The notes under the pieces were generated by a model, which was given only the letters and a program-made list of their open reading frames with translations, was not told the DNA's origin and searched no databases. Below are positions 23,943 through 27,310 of a stretch of 27,310 bases of DNA, in pieces. Source of the stretch: Candidatus Cloacimonadota bacterium (lineage in GTDB: Bacteria > Cloacimonadota > Cloacimonadia > Cloacimonadales > TCS61). Positions within the stretch are counted from its first letter, which is position 1; every line of letters starts with the position of its first letter. The stretch covers positions 1 through 27,310 of the forward strand of contig DAOVQH010000001.1 in the NCBI GenBank assembly GCA_030628755.1, given 5' to 3'. A program made the position numbers and the translations under genes.

Positions 23943-24414
23943 ATTGTTCTTTGAGCATTTTATAAGCTCTATCGAAGGATTCTGGGATAACCCGTGTACC
24001 AGCAGTAGAGGTCATAAAACTTACATCACCAGACCAACGGGGAACAATATGAACATGAAGGTGTTCGTCGACACCAGCACCAGCTGCCTTACCTAAATTA
24101 AGTCCTATATTGATTCCGTCAGGGGAGTAAACTTTATTAATAACTTTTTCACAGAGTTGTACTGTTTCAAATAAATCGGATAACTCTTGTTTTGAGAGAT
24201 TGTTTAAGGCAGGAACGTGGCTATTTGGAACAACCATAAGATGACCGTTGTTGTAAGGAAATGTATTCATTATTACATATGTTAATTTGCTTCTATAAAG
24301 AATCAGATGCTTTTTATCATTTTCTTCAGAAGGCTTGATACAAAGAATGCATTTATTATCTTTTTTTGAAAGCACGTACTTTAAACGCCACGGAGAGTAT
24401 AAAATTTCACACAT
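23917..24414 (-). CDS. HIT family nucleotide hydrolase/phosphorylase (Ap4A type)
   Basis: SPWR, CILC, NTFPYNNGHLMVVP, AGAGVDEHLHVHIVPRW. Confidence 0.92.
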   Translation of the reverse strand: MCEILYSPWRLKYVLSKKDNKCILCIKPSEENDKKHLILYRSKLTYVIMNTFPYNNGHLMVVPNSHVPALNNLSKQELSDLFETVQLCEKVINKVYSPDGINIGLNLGKAAGAGVDEHLHVHIVPRWSGDVSFMTSTAGTRVIPESFDRAYKMLKEQFDNEKLEK

Positions 24415-24423
24415 AAGATCTCC

Positions 24424-25179
24424 TTACTTATCGTAGTAATCGGCTTTTTTCAAATACTCAACTTCTAATTTTTCAAGCTGTTCTATTGAATTTACTCCGG
24501 ATGCTTCAATTATATCTTCCAGTAATATTGATGTTACCAGTTTTCCTACATTATTTATGATTTCAACTGTGTCGGTGAGATAGTATTCTTTTTGGATGTT
24601 ATTATTATTTACTTTTTTTAGTGCCAAAAACAGACTTTGAGCATCGAAACAATAAATTCCGGTATTAATCTCCATAATCTGCTTTTCTGCTTCTGTAGCA
24701 TCCTTAAATTCAACAATCTTTTTTACACTATCATTTTCATTTCGTACAATTCGTCCATATCTTAAAGCATCATCCATAATTGCAGTTAGAAGCGTACAGG
24801 CAGCATTGAGCTTTCGATGGTGTCTCAATATTTTTTCCAGAGTTTGATGTCTAAGCAGAGGAACATCTCCGCAGAGTACGAGAATATTACCTTCAAAATC
24901 TTTAAAAGTATCTTCGGTCATCATCACTGCATGACCGGTTCCGTTCTGTTCTTTTTGTGTAACGAATTTAATTTTATTATTTTCCGGAACTACATCTATC
25001 ACGAGTTCCTTTTTATAGCCTACAACGATAACGATAAGAGTGCTATTTATTTTGTTTGCAGTTTCAACAACTCTGTTGATCATAGGTTTACCAGCGAGTT
25101 TAAAGATGACCTTTGGTTTATCAGATTTCATTCTGATGCCCTGACCGGCAGCTAAAATTATCGTTGCAATTTGTTTCAT
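24424..25179 (-). CDS. GlmU N-terminal-domain-only nucleotidyltransferase (UDP-GlcNAc pyrophosphorylase-like)
   Basis: ILAAGQGIRMKSDKPKV, QNGTGHAV, LCGDVPLL, YGRIVR, EINTGIY, QKEYYLTD, GVNS. Ends at 251 aa with no hexapeptide-repeat domain. Confidence 0.88.
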   Translation of the reverse strand: MKQIATIILAAGQGIRMKSDKPKVIFKLAGKPMINRVVETANKINSTLIVIVVGYKKELVIDVVPENNKIKFVTQKEQNGTGHAVMMTEDTFKDFEGNILVLCGDVPLLRHQTLEKILRHHRKLNAACTLLTAIMDDALRYGRIVRNENDSVKKIVEFKDATEAEKQIMEINTGIYCFDAQSLFLALKKVNNNNIQKEYYLTDTVEIINNVGKLVTSILLEDIIEASGVNSIEQLEKLEVEYLKKADYYDK

Positions 25180-25631
25180 TGAATATCCTCGTAAATTTTT
25201 AAAATTTTCTTGTTTAATTTTGGATGAACAAATTCAGGGCATATTTCAACCAACGATCTCAGAACAAACTCCCTTTTATGAAGCTCCGGATGTGGTATAA
25301 CTAAATAATCTTCTTTTATAATTTTATCTCCATATAATAAAATATCGATATCGATAATTCTTGGTTCCCATTTTTTTATGCGGATCCTTCTCAGTTTGGA
25401 TTCTATTTCCAGACATTTTGTTAGAAGCTCTGCTGGTTTAAGATTTGTTTCGATTTTTAGGACACAGTTTAAGAACTTTGGTTGATTTGTATTACCAACA
25501 GGGTCAGTTTCAATTATTGTACTGCTTTGTAGAACATTTACTTGAGAAGATGAATTTAAAGCGGATTTTGCTTTTAGCATATTTTCTTTGCGGTTGCCTA
25601 TATTTGAACCGAGACCTAAATAACAGACCAT
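25176..25631 (-). CDS. folK: 2-amino-4-hydroxy-6-hydroxymethyldihydropteridine diphosphokinase
   Basis: YLGLGSNIG, ETDPVG, FLNCV, PRIIDIDILLY, IPHP, REFVL. Confidence 0.96.
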   Translation of the reverse strand: MVCYLGLGSNIGNRKENMLKAKSALNSSSQVNVLQSSTIIETDPVGNTNQPKFLNCVLKIETNLKPAELLTKCLEIESKLRRIRIKKWEPRIIDIDILLYGDKIIKEDYLVIPHPELHKREFVLRSLVEICPEFVHPKLNKKILKIYEDIQ

Positions 25632-25988
25632 TTAACGACTTCTTTCCATTTCAAGTTCAACTGAACTCAGAGGACCATTGATCGGTACTGACGGTTTTTT
25701 TATTTTTACATTTGCCCAGATGATTCTTGGAAAACTTTCAAAAATTGAATCGAGAATTGTATTTGCACACTTTTCCAGTAGATAGAACTCTTTCTTTTCG
25801 AGTGTGTGTTTAATTATATTATACACTTTGGTGTAATCAATAGTATCTTCAAGGTGTTTTATTTCCTTGTCATGAGCAGGATCAGATTGGTAAGAAAAAT
25901 CTACTATGAACCTTTGTCCGAGTTTTCTCTCTTCTGGATGAACACCATGATACCCGTAAAAAACCATTTCATTTAAATGTATTTTCAT
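25632..25988 (-). CDS. folB: Dihydroneopterin aldolase
   Basis: FYGYHGVHPEERKLGQRFIVD, TIDY, LLE, KKP. Confidence 0.95.
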   Translation of the reverse strand: MKIHLNEMVFYGYHGVHPEERKLGQRFIVDFSYQSDPAHDKEIKHLEDTIDYTKVYNIIKHTLEKKEFYLLEKCANTILDSIFESFPRIIWANVKIKKPSVPINGPLSSVELEMERSR

Positions 25989-26401
25989 TGTTTCACCCTT
26001 TCAACTATTTCAAAATTAATACTATTTGCATATTTTTTATCTACAGAATGAATAATAATCCCACTTAAGAGTAACCCAATAAATGATAATAAAATCGAGA
26101 AATTCTCCGTTAGTCTGATTACGAATTTACTTATGATATAAAATATTATCATGCATATAATTGGGAATATAAAAATTAAAAACGAGGAAAATATTCTGAC
26201 TCCGGGTGAAATATGCACTCTAACCATATCTCCAACATTCAGTTTAAGTTTATTTCTGATTTTATGTATGTTTTTTCTCTCATTTGCATGACAGATTCCT
26301 CGTAATGCACAGTTATCACAAGCACCTGTTTTAATAATTTCAATAAAGACAAAATTATCTTTTATTTCTTTTACAACCGCTATATCTTCGTGTAAGTCCA
26401 T
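25985..26401 (-). CDS. RseC/MucC family membrane protein
   Basis: GACDNCALRGIC Cys cluster, LNVGDMV, two C-terminal TM helices. Confidence 0.85.
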   Translation of the reverse strand: MDLHEDIAVVKEIKDNFVFIEIIKTGACDNCALRGICHANERKNIHKIRNKLKLNVGDMVRVHISPGVRIFSSFLIFIFPIICMIIFYIISKFVIRLTENFSILLSFIGLLLSGIIIHSVDKKYANSINFEIVERVKQ

Positions 26402-26403
26402 GT

Positions 26404-26871
26404 TTATATTTTTTTGATTTTTTCAATTAAGTCTGTTGTTGAAAATCCCTCTTTGAAAATTAAACTTTTCACAATACCGCCATTCTTCATTACAATATCT
26501 GAACCAACTATTTCTTCTGGTTTCCAATCACCACCTTTAACCAGAATATCAGGTTTAATGTGCTTTATTAGCTTGTATGGCGTATCTTCCTGAAAAATAA
26601 TAATATAGTCGATTACTGTTAGACTGCTTAAAACGGTTGCTCTATCGAGTTCGGAATTAATAGGACGGTTCTTTCCTTTTAGTCTTTTAGCTGAAGCATC
26701 ACTATTCAAACCGATGATTAGAATATCTCCCAGTTCTGAAGCTTCATAAAGGTATTTTATATGACCTGCATGAATAATATCGAAACAACCATTAGTAAAA
26801 ACGATTTTTTTTCCGGATGCTTTTAAATTCTGTACAATTTCAAAAATTTCTTCCCAACTCTTTAATTTCAT
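26404..26871 (-). CDS. rfaE2: D-glycero-beta-D-manno-heptose 1-phosphate adenylyltransferase (standalone RfaE domain II)
   Basis: VFTNGCFDIIHAGH, GLNSDAS, LKGKNRPIN, LVKGGDW, STT. Confidence 0.92.
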   Translation of the reverse strand: MKLKSWEEIFEIVQNLKASGKKIVFTNGCFDIIHAGHIKYLYEASELGDILIIGLNSDASAKRLKGKNRPINSELDRATVLSSLTVIDYIIIFQEDTPYKLIKHIKPDILVKGGDWKPEEIVGSDIVMKNGGIVKSLIFKEGFSTTDLIEKIKKI

Positions 26872-26872
26872 T

Positions 26873-27310
26873 CTACCTCACTGGATAATTACCATCAAAA
26901 CAGGCATAACAATAATCTTGGGGCTTTGAAACAGTTTTTTTCAAATTCTCGATAGGAAGATATTGTAAAGTATCTGAACCAACAAATCTTCTAATTTCTT
27001 CGATTTTTTTACTGCTTGCTATTAATTCACTTCTGGTTGGAGTATCAATTCCATAAAAACAGGAAAACTTAGTCGGGGGAGAACCGATTCTGAGATGAAC
27101 TTCTTTTGCTCCGGCTTTTTTTATCAGTTTTACGAGTTTCTTAATTGTGGTTCCACGAACGATCGAGTCATCAACTAGAACAACTTTTTTTCCATCAAAG
27201 AAATTAGGCAAAACATTGAATTTCTGATAAACACTTTCATCTCGGATAGTCTGTTCAGGTTCAATGAAAGTTCTTCCCACATAATGATTTCTAATCAAAC
27301 CAAATTCAAA
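26873..27310 (-). CDS. purF: Amidophosphoribosyltransferase, C-terminal part (5'-truncated by the window edge)
   Basis: FEFGLIRNHYVGRTFIEP, PRPP-binding VLVDDSIVRGTT, CFYGIDTP, CYACFDG. Confidence 0.96.
   Translation of the reverse strand, partial: FEFGLIRNHYVGRTFIEPEQTIRDESVYQKFNVLPNFFDGKKVVLVDDSIVRGTTIKKLVKLIKKAGAKEVHLRIGSPPTKFSCFYGIDTPTRSELIASSKKIEEIRRFVGSDTLQYLPIENLKKTVSKPQDYCYACFDGNYPVR

Noticed and set aside
21827-25681. Plus-strand ORFs 21827..22081, 23653..24096, 24817..25155 and 25445..25681
   Set aside because: Antisense to conserved housekeeping genes.
1-27310. Alternative genetic code, tRNA or rRNA genes
   Set aside because: Conserved genes end normally at TAA, TAG and TGA, and no cloverleaf or rRNA signature was seen by eye. 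A tRNAscan/Infernal run would be needed to exclude small RNAs.

Overview
27.3 kb AT-rich bacterial window with almost all genes on the minus strand. It is probably Candidatus Cloacimonadota or a related FCB-group lineage; this is inferred from the YPNPF...IYNIKGQKV...GIYxYKL C-terminal domains and was not tested. From right to left it holds: (1) a housekeeping run (purF partial, rfaE2, rseC-like, folB, folK, GlmU-N-only nucleotidyltransferase, HIT hydrolase, LytR_C protein, rsfS, argS, metallophosphoesterase); (2) a MoxR/DUF58/Bat operon, with batC and batD separated by a DNA methyltransferase + HNH nuclease + ORFan island; (3) an M23 peptidase; (4) two large secreted proteins with FlgD-Ig/T9SS-like C-terminal domains (an EEP hydrolase and a His/Cys gingipain-like protease); (5) a disrupted beta-strand-rich exported protein; (6) a coupled DUF5678-like + retropepsin pair; (7) plus-strand yjbQ and a 5'-truncated LPP20-like lipoprotein. 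The most striking signal is non-genic. Many families of short palindromic elements nest inside one another, including a 171-bp MITE with 17-bp TIRs and a perfect 11-bp target duplication. Several of these elements also sit in frame inside the C-terminal domains of both secreted proteins and add peptides. No rRNA, tRNA, CRISPR array, transposase, integrase or reverse transcriptase was recognised. All alignments were done by eye and no database searches were run.
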